NCBI GenBank assembly: GCA_964409365.1
Contig: CAYPCX010000012.1
Coordinates: forward strand, 178-64,177
Source: an uncultured Planctomycetia bacterium
GTDB lineage: Bacteria; Omnitrophota; Gorgyraeia; Tantalellales; Tantalellaceae
Length of the DNA stretch: 64,000 nt
Direction: 5' to 3'
The notes below the pieces were generated by a model that worked only from the letters and a program-made list of their open reading frames with translations, made no database searches and had not been told where the DNA came from. The translations under genes were made by a program, and so were the position numbers. Positions 1 to 9,824 of the stretch are shown here, piece after piece (the first letter of the stretch is position 1; each line of letters starts with the position of its first letter).

Positions 1-129
1 CCTGAGAAAGGGCCTCGGTATGGCAAGCTCTTTCGCCAGATCGTTCACCGAAACGGCTCTCTTACCGGAAGCGGCTATACAGCTTAAGGCCCTGATGGCA
101 TAATCCGTGTCTCTTGTTATCAGTTTCAT
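1..129 (-). CDS. Rrf2-family transcriptional regulator (5' part; runs off the window edge)
   Basis: Not in the ORF track. Manual translation MKLITRDTDYAIRALSCIAASGKRAVSVNDLAKELAIPRPFLR matches the Rrf2 N-terminus (T..DYA.RAL...). ATG overlaps the upstream stop (ATGA). Confidence 0.85.
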   Translation of the reverse strand, partial: MKLITRDTDYAIRALSCIAASGKRAVSVNDLAKELAIPRPFLR

Positions 130-533
130 TTCCGCCTCTTGCCGTCGTCCTCGAGTATCTTCACTTTGGACATCTTCAGGCCTTCCTCTTCATCCTCGAC
201 GTAAAAACCCAGGAGAAGCCACTGGCCGGTATCCAGGTCCCTGAAGACGGCCGTGGCGACATAAAAGCCGCCTGACCTGTCTATTTTGTTGTTGAGAATC
301 TGAAATTCCAGTTTCCTCTGTCTTCCCGCGAGAGGGTCGTTTATCCTGAAGAACTTTTCCTTGACCGTCTGATCGTTTATATATTTCATCACCATCTGGT
401 AGACCTGCTGGTCCGTGGTCTCTTTTACAGGTTCCCCTGCCCACCACTGGGCGGCGGCGGCCTGCGCCAGGAACATGGCCGCGACGACTACCGTCAATAT
501 ATACCATGATCTTTTCACGATCCCTCCTGTCAT
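126..533 (-). CDS. Secreted hypothetical protein
   Basis: 135 aa with a signal-peptide-like hydrophobic N-terminus ending AQAAAA; tightly coupled to its neighbours. Confidence 0.7.
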   Translation of the reverse strand: MTGGIVKRSWYILTVVVAAMFLAQAAAAQWWAGEPVKETTDQQVYQMVMKYINDQTVKEKFFRINDPLAGRQRKLEFQILNNKIDRSGGFYVATAVFRDLDTGQWLLLGFYVEDEEEGLKMSKVKILEDDGKRRK

Positions 534-1175
534 TTATTTGAATACTTCACCCGTCTCGGACGACCAGAAAAGAAGATCCAATTCATCCATGGGGATGTTT
601 ATTTTCTTAGAGAACTTCCGCAGTTTATCCTCCAGGGCCAGATAACCTTTCCGGGAAAGACTGCCGGGCGCCTCCTTTATTACGCCGTACCTTACCATGT
701 TCTTCAGTATATGGACGTCAAGTATGGCAAGGCCCTTGCCGAGCCCGATATTCCTCAGGAAATGGCTGGCTTCCTTGAACCCCAGGCCTTTTACGTTGCG
801 CACAAGCCAGAGGCGCGTACCCTGCACATCCCGGGGCTCTATCCGGTCCTTTATCCTTATGGCGCCGCTTTTCGTGAAGAGCTTTCTGGCTCCTACTATA
901 TACCTGGCTTTGTTGTTGTGGAAACGGATAGCCTTGAGCCCCGTATTGATCTCCCGTAAACGGCCTTTGAAAAGAACACCGCTTTTTTCAAGGCCTGATA
1001 TGGCTTTATCGCACTGAATGGCTTTGGATTGGGGGGTACATATGCAAAAACACAGCTCGCTGAAGAGTCTCCTGTCCGGTTCGTCCCAGACTGCCTTAAA
1101 ATCCTTTAGCCTTTCCCTTATCTCGCGTTTCTTCTTCCCGTATTCCGCGGACAGATCAGCTGTCATGATACGCAT
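534..1175 (-). CDS. ogg: N-glycosylase/DNA lyase (8-oxoguanine DNA glycosylase, archaeal/Thermotoga-type)
   Basis: ELCFCICTPQS, RFHNNKARYI and HhH motif VKGLGFKEASHFLRNIG...AILDVH. Confidence 0.85.
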   Translation of the reverse strand: MRIMTADLSAEYGKKKREIRERLKDFKAVWDEPDRRLFSELCFCICTPQSKAIQCDKAISGLEKSGVLFKGRLREINTGLKAIRFHNNKARYIVGARKLFTKSGAIRIKDRIEPRDVQGTRLWLVRNVKGLGFKEASHFLRNIGLGKGLAILDVHILKNMVRYGVIKEAPGSLSRKGYLALEDKLRKFSKKINIPMDELDLLFWSSETGEVFK

Positions 1176-1351
1176 TTGATGAGCGTCTTTGCTATCATTA
1201 TATGCAGCTTTTCGTCATTCCTGATGGATGTAAGTACCTTCTTCAGCTCCGCGTCATCCACCTGCTCTATATAATGATCGTAGAAGTTCCTGGCCCTTTC
1301 TTCGAGGGTCAGTATATCCTCGAACTCTTTTCTGAGCACGTCAGTATTCAT
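1163..1351 (-). CDS. Small ferritin-like (helix-hairpin) protein
   Basis: 62 aa, LEERARNFY...IRNDEKLH: a single E..ExxH half-site. Confidence 0.7.
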   Translation of the reverse strand: MNTDVLRKEFEDILTLEERARNFYDHYIEQVDDAELKKVLTSIRNDEKLHIMIAKTLIKCVS

Positions 1352-1583
1352 TTCTGTCGCTCTTTTCTATCTTTCTTATCAGTTCGTCGACCGTCTCCTT
1401 GTGCCTTGAAGAATCGCGGTAAAGTCTCGTGAGAAGTTTCTGCATCTCTTTCTTCTTTTCTCCATCCAGGCCTTCGGTCTCGCTTACCACGGCCTTGGAG
1501 AAGTTGGCGTAAAGGGTTATCATCCCTTCTTCCACGATTATGAGCTCGTGCAGCCCCGCGAGCAGTCTTTCTTTCGTTATCAT
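1341..1583 (-). CDS. Small ferritin-like (helix-hairpin) protein
   Basis: 80 aa, VEEGMITLY...LYRDSSRH: a degenerate half-site; overlaps the next gene. Confidence 0.6.
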   Translation of the reverse strand: MITKERLLAGLHELIIVEEGMITLYANFSKAVVSETEGLDGEKKKEMQKLLTRLYRDSSRHKETVDELIRKIEKSDRNEY

Positions 1584-1587
1584 CGTA

Positions 1588-2514
1588 TTATCCCCAGTCT
1601 TTTGTCGACATCCTTGAAATATACTTGAAAGCCCCCAACGCCGCCTTGGCGCCGTCCCCGGCGGCTATGATTATCTGCTTCTCCGGCACATCGGTGACGT
1701 CCCCCGCGGCAAAGATGCCCGGGATACTGGTCTCATTCAGGCAATTGACTTTGAGCTCACCGTGTTCGTTCTTCTCAACTTCCCCCGCAAAATCCGAATT
1801 AGGCTCGAGGCCTATTTCGACAAAAACGCCCTGGACGGGGACCTCTTCTTCTTTTTCTCCCTTTTTCACCCTGACCCCCGTCACGAAAGCATCACCAAGA
1901 ACGGCCGCTATCTCGGAGTCGTTCATCACCGTAACATTATCCGCGGCGACCACCTTCTCACGGATTATGGTATCTCCTCCCAAATCCGGCGTTATGTTCA
2001 CCATGTAGACTTTGTTGGCGATCTTGACCATCTGGAGCGCGGCTTCCAGGGCCGAATTTCCGCCGCCCACCACGACTACATCCTTGCCGGCGAAAAGAGG
2101 CCCGTCACACGTGGCGCAATACGTGACCCCTTTGTTCTTGAACTCTTTCTCGCCGGGAACCTCGAGCTCTTTGGCCCTTTTACCGGAGGCGACGACCACA
2201 GTCCTTGCCTTATAAGCCCCTTTCTCCGTCCCGACAACTATCAGGTTCTTCTGTTTAACGATATTCAGCACCCGTTCGCCGCGTTTCACCGGCACATCGT
2301 ACTGCTTGATATGCTCTTCGAACTTGGAGACCAGATCGGGCCCGGATATGAACTGAAAACCCGTGTAGTTCTCGATATCCGCGGTCCAGCCGGCCTGCCC
2401 GCCCACGTCCCCGGTCAGCACAAGGAAGTCCATGCGCTTACGCGCGGCGTAAACACTGGCCGTTATGCCCGCGGGCCCCGCACCCACAATTATCAAGTCA
2501 TATAATTTGTCCAT
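1588..2514 (-). CDS. trxB: Thioredoxin-disulfide reductase (TrxB/AhpF C-terminal type)
   Basis: GAGPAG FAD motif, CATCDG redox pair, GGGNSA NAD(P) motif, FAAGD. Confidence 0.9.
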   Translation of the reverse strand: MDKLYDLIIVGAGPAGITASVYAARKRMDFLVLTGDVGGQAGWTADIENYTGFQFISGPDLVSKFEEHIKQYDVPVKRGERVLNIVKQKNLIVVGTEKGAYKARTVVVASGKRAKELEVPGEKEFKNKGVTYCATCDGPLFAGKDVVVVGGGNSALEAALQMVKIANKVYMVNITPDLGGDTIIREKVVAADNVTVMNDSEIAAVLGDAFVTGVRVKKGEKEEEVPVQGVFVEIGLEPNSDFAGEVEKNEHGELKVNCLNETSIPGIFAAGDVTDVPEKQIIIAAGDGAKAALGAFKYISRMSTKDWG

Positions 2515-2523
2515 AACCCTAAA

Positions 2524-2558
2524 CTGTCTTCCGTCTTCCGTCTTCTGTCTTCCGTCTT
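2524..2558. repeat. Heptamer tandem repeat (CYGTCTT)x5
   Basis: ctgtctt ccgtctt ccgtctt ctgtctt ccgtctt, between glutaredoxin and trxB. Confidence 0.9.
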
Positions 2559-2564
2559 CTGTTA

Positions 2565-2801
2565 CTATAGCCCGAGGGCCTGCACGATCCTGTCCTGGTC
2601 GAAACCCACTATTATCTCTCCCTCGATATCCAGGACGGGAACACCCATCTGTCCCGACTTCTCGACCATTTCCTGGACTTTTTCCTGGTCCGCCGAGACG
2701 TCTATATCCTCGAATTCCACGTTGTTCCCCTTCAGGAACTGCTTGACCTTCAAACAGAACGGGCAGGTAGCCGTACTATACACCTTTACATTCTTCATCA
2801 C
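2565..2801 (-). CDS. Glutaredoxin-like protein (NrdH/YruB type)
   Basis: CPFC active site; SGQMGVPV; IIVGFD. Confidence 0.9.
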   Translation of the reverse strand: MMKNVKVYSTATCPFCLKVKQFLKGNNVEFEDIDVSADQEKVQEMVEKSGQMGVPVLDIEGEIIVGFDQDRIVQALGL

Positions 2802-3276
2802 TGCATTCCTTTCTCAGGTCCAGAAGTCTCTTAAGATGCCCTTTTTCCTCGTTAATAAGCCCCTCGACCAGGGGCCTGTCTTTTTCGGGAACGATCCTCA
2901 ATAACCCTTCGTAAAAAAGGATCGAATCTTTCTCGAACTTGATGCCGAGGTCCATGCCCTCCAGGTAGCCTCTGACATCACGGGCGATCCGGCTTCCTTT
3001 ATCCTTCTGCGTAAAGACATATTGCCGCGCGAGGGCGTTCATATAAGCAAAATACTCATCGGGGTAGGCGCCTTCGGGACTGTGTTCGCATGAAGAAGCG
3101 AATATCTTTTTGAAGATCCCGATGTGCTTTTCTTCTTCCCCGGCGAGATACCTGAAAGCTTCAGCGGCTTTTTTATTCTCGGCGCTCGCGGCAAGCTCTT
3201 TGTAAAAATCCCTGCCGTTCATCTCTATCTGGATCCCGAGCTCGACTATCTCGCATCCCGAATAATCACCGCTCAT
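2776..3276 (-). CDS. Ferritin-like/rubrerythrin-family protein
   Basis: Two E...EExH motifs (EEEKH, EEKGH); no rubredoxin domain. Confidence 0.85.
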   Translation of the reverse strand: MSGDYSGCEIVELGIQIEMNGRDFYKELAASAENKKAAEAFRYLAGEEEKHIGIFKKIFASSCEHSPEGAYPDEYFAYMNALARQYVFTQKDKGSRIARDVRGYLEGMDLGIKFEKDSILFYEGLLRIVPEKDRPLVEGLINEEKGHLKRLLDLRKECSDEECKGV

Positions 3277-3297
3277 AGAACCTCCGATCCTTTGCGA

Positions 3298-3873
3298 TCA
3301 ATAGTTCTCCGCCATCACTTCATAATAGGCCCGGGGATGGGCGCATGCCGGGCATACTTCCGGGGCCTCCCGCCCCTCGTGCACATACCCGCAATTGCGG
3401 CATCTCCATTTGACGACAGCGTCCTTTTTGAACACTTTTCCTTCCTTGACGTTGGCCAGTAATTTCCGGTATCTTTTTTCGTGCTCTTCCTCTACTTCGG
3501 CTATTTCCCTGAAGACGTCAGCTATCTCGCCGAAACCCTCTTTCCTCGCCGTGCCTTCACAATCCTTGTAAATAGAGGACCATTCGAGTTTTTCGCCGTC
3601 GGCAGCATGCTCCAGGTTCTGGGCCGTGTCGCCTATGACCCCCGCCGGATACGTCGCGGTGATCTCGGCCTCCCCGCCCTCAAGGAATTTGAAGAACTTT
3701 TTCGCGTGTTCTTTTTCATTCTCAGCTGTCTCCAGAAATATGCCCGCTATCTGTTCATAACCGGATTTTTTCGCCACGCTGGCAAAATACGTATAGCGGT
3801 TCCTTGCCTGTGATTCACCCGCAAAAGAGGCAAGCAGGTTCTTTTCCGTCTGTGTGCCTTTGATACTTTTCAT
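3298..3873 (-). CDS. rbr: Rubrerythrin
   Basis: FAGESQARNRY, ENEKEH, EEEH and C-terminal CRNCG...CPAC. Confidence 0.95.
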   Translation of the reverse strand: MKSIKGTQTEKNLLASFAGESQARNRYTYFASVAKKSGYEQIAGIFLETAENEKEHAKKFFKFLEGGEAEITATYPAGVIGDTAQNLEHAADGEKLEWSSIYKDCEGTARKEGFGEIADVFREIAEVEEEHEKRYRKLLANVKEGKVFKKDAVVKWRCRNCGYVHEGREAPEVCPACAHPRAYYEVMAENY

Positions 3874-3888
3874 TTCCCTCCCTTTCCT

Positions 3889-3965
3889 TGATACTTGATA
3901 CTCGATACTTGATACTCTATACTCGATACTCTATACTCGATACTCGATACTTGATATTCTATACT
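3889..3965. repeat. Heptamer tandem repeat (YKATACT)x11
   Basis: tgatact/cgatact/ctatact units; the last unit contains the desulfoferrodoxin stop codon. Confidence 0.95.
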
Positions 3966-4336
3966 CCCCAAAGCATATGTACATTACAAAATTCCCTTGC
4001 CTCTACGATATCTTTCTTTTCCACACAAAAGTGCGCTTCAGGTTTATCGCCCGGACGCAATTCGGCCCTTAGAACCTTTTCCTTTGTGAGTACCTCGATG
4101 AATTTGATAAAATGCTTTTCTTCCATGGGATGTTCCACACTGCCGACCTTTACCTTGACGCCGCCGGCGTCTTCCTCCACCACAGGAACATGTTTTTCCT
4201 GGCCCTGGTCCTCTGTTTTGGTTTCCAACTTGCCCATGGGCTGACCGCAGCATACGAGCGACGGCGCGCCCTCATGAGCGATTTCCACGACATTCCCGCA
4301 GATCTCACACCTGTAAAGTTCCCTTAACTGTGTCAT
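3959..4336 (-). CDS. dfx: Desulfoferrodoxin (superoxide reductase)
   Basis: YRCEICGN...CCG centre I; EKHVP, HPMEEKHFI and CNVH centre II. Confidence 0.95.
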   Translation of the reverse strand: MTQLRELYRCEICGNVVEIAHEGAPSLVCCGQPMGKLETKTEDQGQEKHVPVVEEDAGGVKVKVGSVEHPMEEKHFIKFIEVLTKEKVLRAELRPGDKPEAHFCVEKKDIVEAREFCNVHMLWGV

Positions 4337-4351
4337 GATAAGCCCCCTCTG

Positions 4352-4486
4352 TTAGACCGGCACGAACTGGTCTTTACCCACCCCGCACTCGGGGCAAACC
4401 CAGTCTTCCGCAAGATCCGCGAATTCCACACCGTCATTCTCGGCCGGATCATAGATATAACCGCAAACTTCACATTTGTACTTCAT
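4352..4486 (-). CDS. rub: Rubredoxin (44 aa)
   Basis: Not in the ORF track. Translation [44 protein letters not shown]; AGGAAGGGG RBS. Confidence 0.95.
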   Translation of the reverse strand: MKYKCEVCGYIYDPAENDGVEFADLAEDWVCPECGVGKDQFVPV

Positions 4487-4595
4487 GGCCCCTTCCTTTC
4501 TGTGACAGACAATATTTTAGGGCGGTAAGTCTTAATTATATTCCACTTCAAGCGGTGTTTCTATATTAAAGTTGGATTTTATGGGCAGTTTAACG

Positions 4596-4673
4596 TCATG
4601 CCCGGGACCAGGTACAGCAGCCTTCTTTACAATGCGCCACGGGGCGCAGCATATATCTGACAGTCACTTTCAT
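4596..4673 (-). CDS. Putative 25-aa Cys-rich small peptide
   Basis: MKVTVRYMLRPVAHCKEGCCTWSRA, preceded by a strong AAGGAGG RBS and a TTGACA promoter. Confidence 0.5.
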   Translation of the reverse strand: MKVTVRYMLRPVAHCKEGCCTWSRA

Positions 4674-4719
4674 CTTTCTCCTCCTTGTTTTTAATGAACA
4701 TCGATATGGCTTCAGTTAT

Positions 4720-4748
4720 AATGATACCATTTTAGTATCATTTGTCAA
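4720..4748 (-). promoter_or_regulatory. Sigma70 promoter overlapped by a 23-bp palindromic operator
   Basis: TTGACA (4743-4748) immediately followed by AATGATAC-N7-GTATCATT (4720-4742). Confidence 0.65.
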
Positions 4749-4763
4749 GGAAAAATCATCTTT

Positions 4764-4797
4764 TTTAACCCCCGGGGGTTAACCCCCGGGGGTTAAA
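4764..4797. repeat. REP-like perfect palindrome, (AACCCCCGGGGGTT)x2
   Basis: tttaacccccgggggttaacccccgggggttaaa; a degenerate single copy lies at 52605-52619. Confidence 0.85.
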
Positions 4798-4801
4798 CGG
4801 G

Positions 4802-5299
4802 TTAAATAAGGTCTCGGATGGCGTCCTCAAAAAATGCCTTATCGCGGTAACCTGTGGCTTTTTGTGTTATGATCCCCTTGCGGTCGATAATGAACGTGGT
4901 GGGAATGCCTCTGATGCCGCCGTAAGCGGACGTCACGTTCTGGTCCCCTATAAGCACCTTATAGTTTATACCGTTCGCGGCGGCGAAGGATTTCACCGCC
5001 GATACCCCGCCGCGGTCCAGCGCGACGCCTATAACCTGAAGTCCTCTCGAGCCGTATTCATCCTGCAGGGCTACGAAGTGAGGTATCTCCATCCTGCAGG
5101 GCGGGCACCACGTAGCCCAGAAATCCAGTATCACCACTTTCCCCCTGGTGTCAGCAAGACTGTAAGGATCACCGCTTAAGTCCCTGAGGGTAAAGTCCGG
5201 GGCCTTCGACCCCACCTCTCCCGAAGCGGTCTGGGCCTGGCACGATATCAGACTGATAAGAGCGAACGAACACAGAAGAACGAACAGGGTCTTTCTCAT
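4802..5299 (-). CDS. TlpA-family thiol:disulfide oxidoreductase (lipoprotein)
   Basis: DFWATWCPPC, GIPTTFIID and lipobox LISC; start moved to MRKTLF after an AGGAG RBS. Confidence 0.9.
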   Translation of the reverse strand: MRKTLFVLLCSFALISLISCQAQTASGEVGSKAPDFTLRDLSGDPYSLADTRGKVVILDFWATWCPPCRMEIPHFVALQDEYGSRGLQVIGVALDRGGVSAVKSFAAANGINYKVLIGDQNVTSAYGGIRGIPTTFIIDRKGIITQKATGYRDKAFFEDAIRDLI

Positions 5300-5312
5300 G
5301 ATCTCTCCTTTA

Positions 5313-6041
5313 TTATTTGGCGAATTTATAAAAAGACTGCGGCATGTACTGAAGCAGCACGCCAAGATTATCGGTAAATATGAGCACCCCTACGGCTATA
5401 AGGAAAAGGCCTGCTATGATCTCCCCCCACCTGATGAACTTCCTGTATCTTTCGAAAAACTTCATAAAGACGCCGACAGCGAACCCCGTGACAACAAAAG
5501 GTATACCCAGACCGAGAGAATATACTAAAAGGAGGAGCATCCCTTTGACCACCGTCTCCTGGGTGGCGGCCAGGGCCAGTATCCCGGCCAGGATAGGCCC
5601 GACGCAGGGCGTCCAGCCGAAAGCGAAAGCAAGGCCTATAATAAAAGCGCCAAAATATCCGGGTGAAAAATTCTTGACCTTTAGTTGCTTCTGATAATTC
5701 AGCCACCCTACCCTCAGCACCCCCAGAAGGTGCAGACCCAAGAGGACTATGACCACTCCGGCTATCTTTGTGAAAATGTGTATATGATCGATCAGGAGTT
5801 TCCCGATGAAAGAAGCCGAAGCCCCCAGAGCGACAAAGACCAGCGAGAAACCCAGGACGAAAAAAATGGAAGTGAAGCCCGCTTTCTTGACGGCGCTCTT
5901 AGGGGCGCCCCCCTGCCTAAGCTCTTCCAGCGATATCCCGGAAAGGAATGAAATATATCCGGGAACAAGGGGCAAAATACAGGGAGAAAGAAAAGAAAGT
6001 ACGCCGGCTAGAAACGCGACTCCAAAAGAAACCTGTTCCAT
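5313..6041 (-). CDS. ccdA: Cytochrome c biogenesis/thiol transporter CcdA
   Basis: SFLSPCILPLVP and FGWTPCVGPIL motifs; six TM segments. Confidence 0.9.
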   Translation of the reverse strand: MEQVSFGVAFLAGVLSFLSPCILPLVPGYISFLSGISLEELRQGGAPKSAVKKAGFTSIFFVLGFSLVFVALGASASFIGKLLIDHIHIFTKIAGVVIVLLGLHLLGVLRVGWLNYQKQLKVKNFSPGYFGAFIIGLAFAFGWTPCVGPILAGILALAATQETVVKGMLLLLVYSLGLGIPFVVTGFAVGVFMKFFERYRKFIRWGEIIAGLFLIAVGVLIFTDNLGVLLQYMPQSFYKFAK

Positions 6042-6047
6042 GAGCTA

Positions 6048-6076
6048 ATTATAAGATAATCCGGCGATGTTTGCAA
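6048..6076 (-). promoter_or_regulatory. Sigma70-like promoter of ccdA-tlpA
   Basis: TTGCAA-17 nt-TATAAT. Confidence 0.55.
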
Positions 6077-6086
6077 AAAAAGATAC

Positions 6087-6123
6087 AAAAAAAGACCGCC
6101 CGGGGATAACCCCGGGCGATCTT
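6087..6123 (-). terminator. Intrinsic terminator after gdhA
   Basis: AAGATCGCCCGGGG-TTAT-CCCCGGGCGGTC followed by T7. Confidence 0.85.
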
Positions 6124-6145
6124 CGCATTCTCCTGGACCAAAAGG

Positions 6146-7534
<1,389 letters not shown>

Positions 7535-7589
7535 CTATTTAAACATATTTCAGGCAAATGTCTACTGCTTTTTGGTCAAAAATCTATAT

Positions 7590-7691
7590 AAAAAAAGGCG
7601 TTCTCCCGTAAGGGGAAGAACGCCTTTGTTCTTTGCCTTATTCGTATGACTTTTGCCCTGTAATTATCTACGATTTCACCGTATCCGTCAA
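7590..7691 (-). promoter_or_regulatory. gdhA promoter and leader attenuator with an ANTAR-type hexaloop
   Basis: TTGACG-17-GATAAT; hairpin GAAC-AAAGGC-GTTC (7618-7631) overlaps the 5' arm of a terminator (7590-7626). Confidence 0.65.
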
Positions 7692-7704
7692 GAAAAAATT
7701 GCGG

Positions 7705-8871
7705 CTACAGGGAGAAAGTAAGGACCTTGAGGATGTCGTCCGGGGTGAGCTGGGGGAAGTGCTCTACGGGACCTCTGTCCCACAGGACACCCTCTTTGAT
7801 GTTCTGGAAATACTTTTCGGAGAGACCGATCTCGCTGAGGGTAGAGGGAAGTCCCAGGGAATCGAAGAAACCCCTGGTTTTATCGATAGCTTCGGCGGCT
7901 GCCGTTTCATCGCCCGCGGCCTCTTCTATCCCCCATACGTTCCTGCCATATACGGCTATTTTCCCGGGACCATATTTTCCAGAGACGACCTTCATGAAAT
8001 TCGGCATAAGTATCGCCAGGCCCGCCCCGTGACTTACATCGGTCAAAGCGCTCACTTCATGCTCGATCGCATGGCACGTCCAATCGGTCACCCTTCCCCT
8101 TCCCACGACACCGCAAAGAGCGAGAGTGGAGGCCCACATGATGTTCGCCCTGGCATTATAGTCGTCGGGGTCCTTACATGCGACAGGTCCGTAATTCACG
8201 CATATTTTGAGCAATCCCTCCGCCAGGCGGTCCTGCACGTCGGTATCCGGGACGGGGCTTAAATAATACTCGAACACGTGCGCCATGATGTCCGATATAC
8301 CGGCCGCGGTGTGATAAGCGTTCACTGAGAACGTATAGACCGGGTCTAGAACCGAAAAGACCGGTCTGATCACGGGAGCGCTCAAAGCAAGCTTCTGCCG
8401 CGTCTCTTCGTTCGTGATCACTGAATTGGGGTTCATTTCGGACCCCGTGGCAGACACCGTGAGGACGCTTCCTACCGGCAAGGCCTCTCTCGGGCCGGCT
8501 TCGGTCACGAAAAAATCCCATACATCACCATCGTATTTGACGCCGGCAGCTATCGCCTTAGCCGCGTCTATGACGCTCCCCCCTCCCACGGCCAGGATAA
8601 AGTCGACATCTTCTTTCCTGCAAAGCTCTATCCCTTCACGCACGCTGCTGACCCTGGGATTCGGCTGCACGCCGGAAAACTCGATATAGCCCACCCCCGC
8701 TTTCTTGACCTGGTCCAACACTTCGTCAAAGATACCGTGCTTCTTGACGCTGCCCCTTCCCGTTACGACCAGGACCTTGTTCGCGCGCTTCTTCAGCTCT
8801 TCTTCAAGCGCCGCTATCTGACCCTTACCGAAATAGATCACAGTGGGATTGTGGAAGGTGAAGTTAAGCAT
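7705..8871 (-). CDS. Iron-containing alcohol dehydrogenase (BdhA/YqhD-like)
   Basis: AVGGGSVIDAAK, ATGSEMN, HAIEH and HGAGLA. Confidence 0.9.
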   Translation of the reverse strand: MLNFTFHNPTVIYFGKGQIAALEEELKKRANKVLVVTGRGSVKKHGIFDEVLDQVKKAGVGYIEFSGVQPNPRVSSVREGIELCRKEDVDFILAVGGGSVIDAAKAIAAGVKYDGDVWDFFVTEAGPREALPVGSVLTVSATGSEMNPNSVITNEETRQKLALSAPVIRPVFSVLDPVYTFSVNAYHTAAGISDIMAHVFEYYLSPVPDTDVQDRLAEGLLKICVNYGPVACKDPDDYNARANIMWASTLALCGVVGRGRVTDWTCHAIEHEVSALTDVSHGAGLAILMPNFMKVVSGKYGPGKIAVYGRNVWGIEEAAGDETAAAEAIDKTRGFFDSLGLPSTLSEIGLSEKYFQNIKEGVLWDRGPVEHFPQLTPDDILKVLTFSL

Positions 8872-8890
8872 GGGGATTAGGGATCTTTTC

Positions 8891-9289
8891 TTATTCTTTC
8901 TTTTTGGCTTCGGCTTTTTTCCTGCGGATGGCTTCGATCTTCGGGGCTAAAAAGTCGTCCAGGAACTCCATCCTGAAGGGTTTCGGTATAAAGCCGTCGG
9001 CCCCCAGATGTTTGGCTTTCGTTATGTACTCTTCGCTGTCGTAACCGCTGAACATAAGGACCGTGGTCTCCGGCTTTTCCTTCTTTATCCTCTCCAGAAG
9101 AGGAAAACTTGTTTCGCTTTTCAGGGCTATATCGAGGATGACTATGTCGTATCCCGGGTCGTACTTTTCCATGCCATGCGGAAGGTCATAGGCGACGTCT
9201 ACCTTGAAACCTTTCTTTTCGAAAAAACGTACTACTATATCAGCGATCATCTTCTCATCTTCTACCAGAAGTATCTTTTCCATTGCCAC
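8891..9289 (-). CDS. Single-domain response regulator
   Basis: ILLVEDE, ILDIAL and FIPKPF receiver motifs. Confidence 0.85.
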   Translation of the reverse strand: MAMEKILLVEDEKMIADIVVRFFEKKGFKVDVAYDLPHGMEKYDPGYDIVILDIALKSETSFPLLERIKKEKPETTVLMFSGYDSEEYITKAKHLGADGFIPKPFRMEFLDDFLAPKIEAIRRKKAEAKKKE

Positions 9290-9310
9290 TCCCCCTTTGA
9301 TACCTGAGAT

Positions 9311-9721
9311 CTACTTAACCAGATACTGCGATAGCGCCCTCGTGGTCTTAGGCCCGACCACGCCGTCCACCTTCAATCCGTGATCAGCCTGGAATTCCTT
9401 TATGGCTTTCTTGGACTGCGGGCCGATCTTACCGTCTATCTTTCCGCCGTAATATCCCGCGCTCCTTAAAGCTCTTTGAATATCTTTTTTGGACAGGGAC
9501 CTTACGGACGGAATGGTCTTTCTGCTTACCTCTTCGACCTCGACGGTCGAGACATAGCTGACGTCTTCCTTCTGCTGCAGGTCATTTTCTACGATCCCCT
9601 GCCGCCTTTCAAGGACATCCACACGGTCATCAAGATCATTGACTTTCCTTCTAAGCTCCTTGGTAGCGCAACCCGAAAGCAGTACGGCAAGACAAAGAAC
9701 GGACACTAATACCCTTTTCAT
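9311..9721 (-). CDS. Peptidoglycan-binding-domain lipoprotein
   Basis: Lipobox LSGC, coiled coil, and IQRAL...IDGKIGP...FQ...GLKVDGVVGPKT. Confidence 0.85.
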   Translation of the reverse strand: MKRVLVSVLCLAVLLSGCATKELRRKVNDLDDRVDVLERRQGIVENDLQQKEDVSYVSTVEVEEVSRKTIPSVRSLSKKDIQRALRSAGYYGGKIDGKIGPQSKKAIKEFQADHGLKVDGVVGPKTTRALSQYLVK

Positions 9722-9824
9722 GCTTCCTCCCGTAAATAGGTATTGAATGAAATGTCATTTTAAGCGGTTTTATATAATAATACGCTATGGTTTGCGATAT
9801 GGCAAGGGCAAAGGCGCAAGGAGC

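Noticed and set aside
3888-4244. Plus-strand ORF MILDTRYLILYTRYS...
   Set aside because: Translation artefact of the heptamer repeat, antisense to desulfoferrodoxin.
4590-4598. Selenocysteine read-through of the micropeptide TGA
   Set aside because: It would add only two residues before TAA, and no SECIS-like hairpin is evident.
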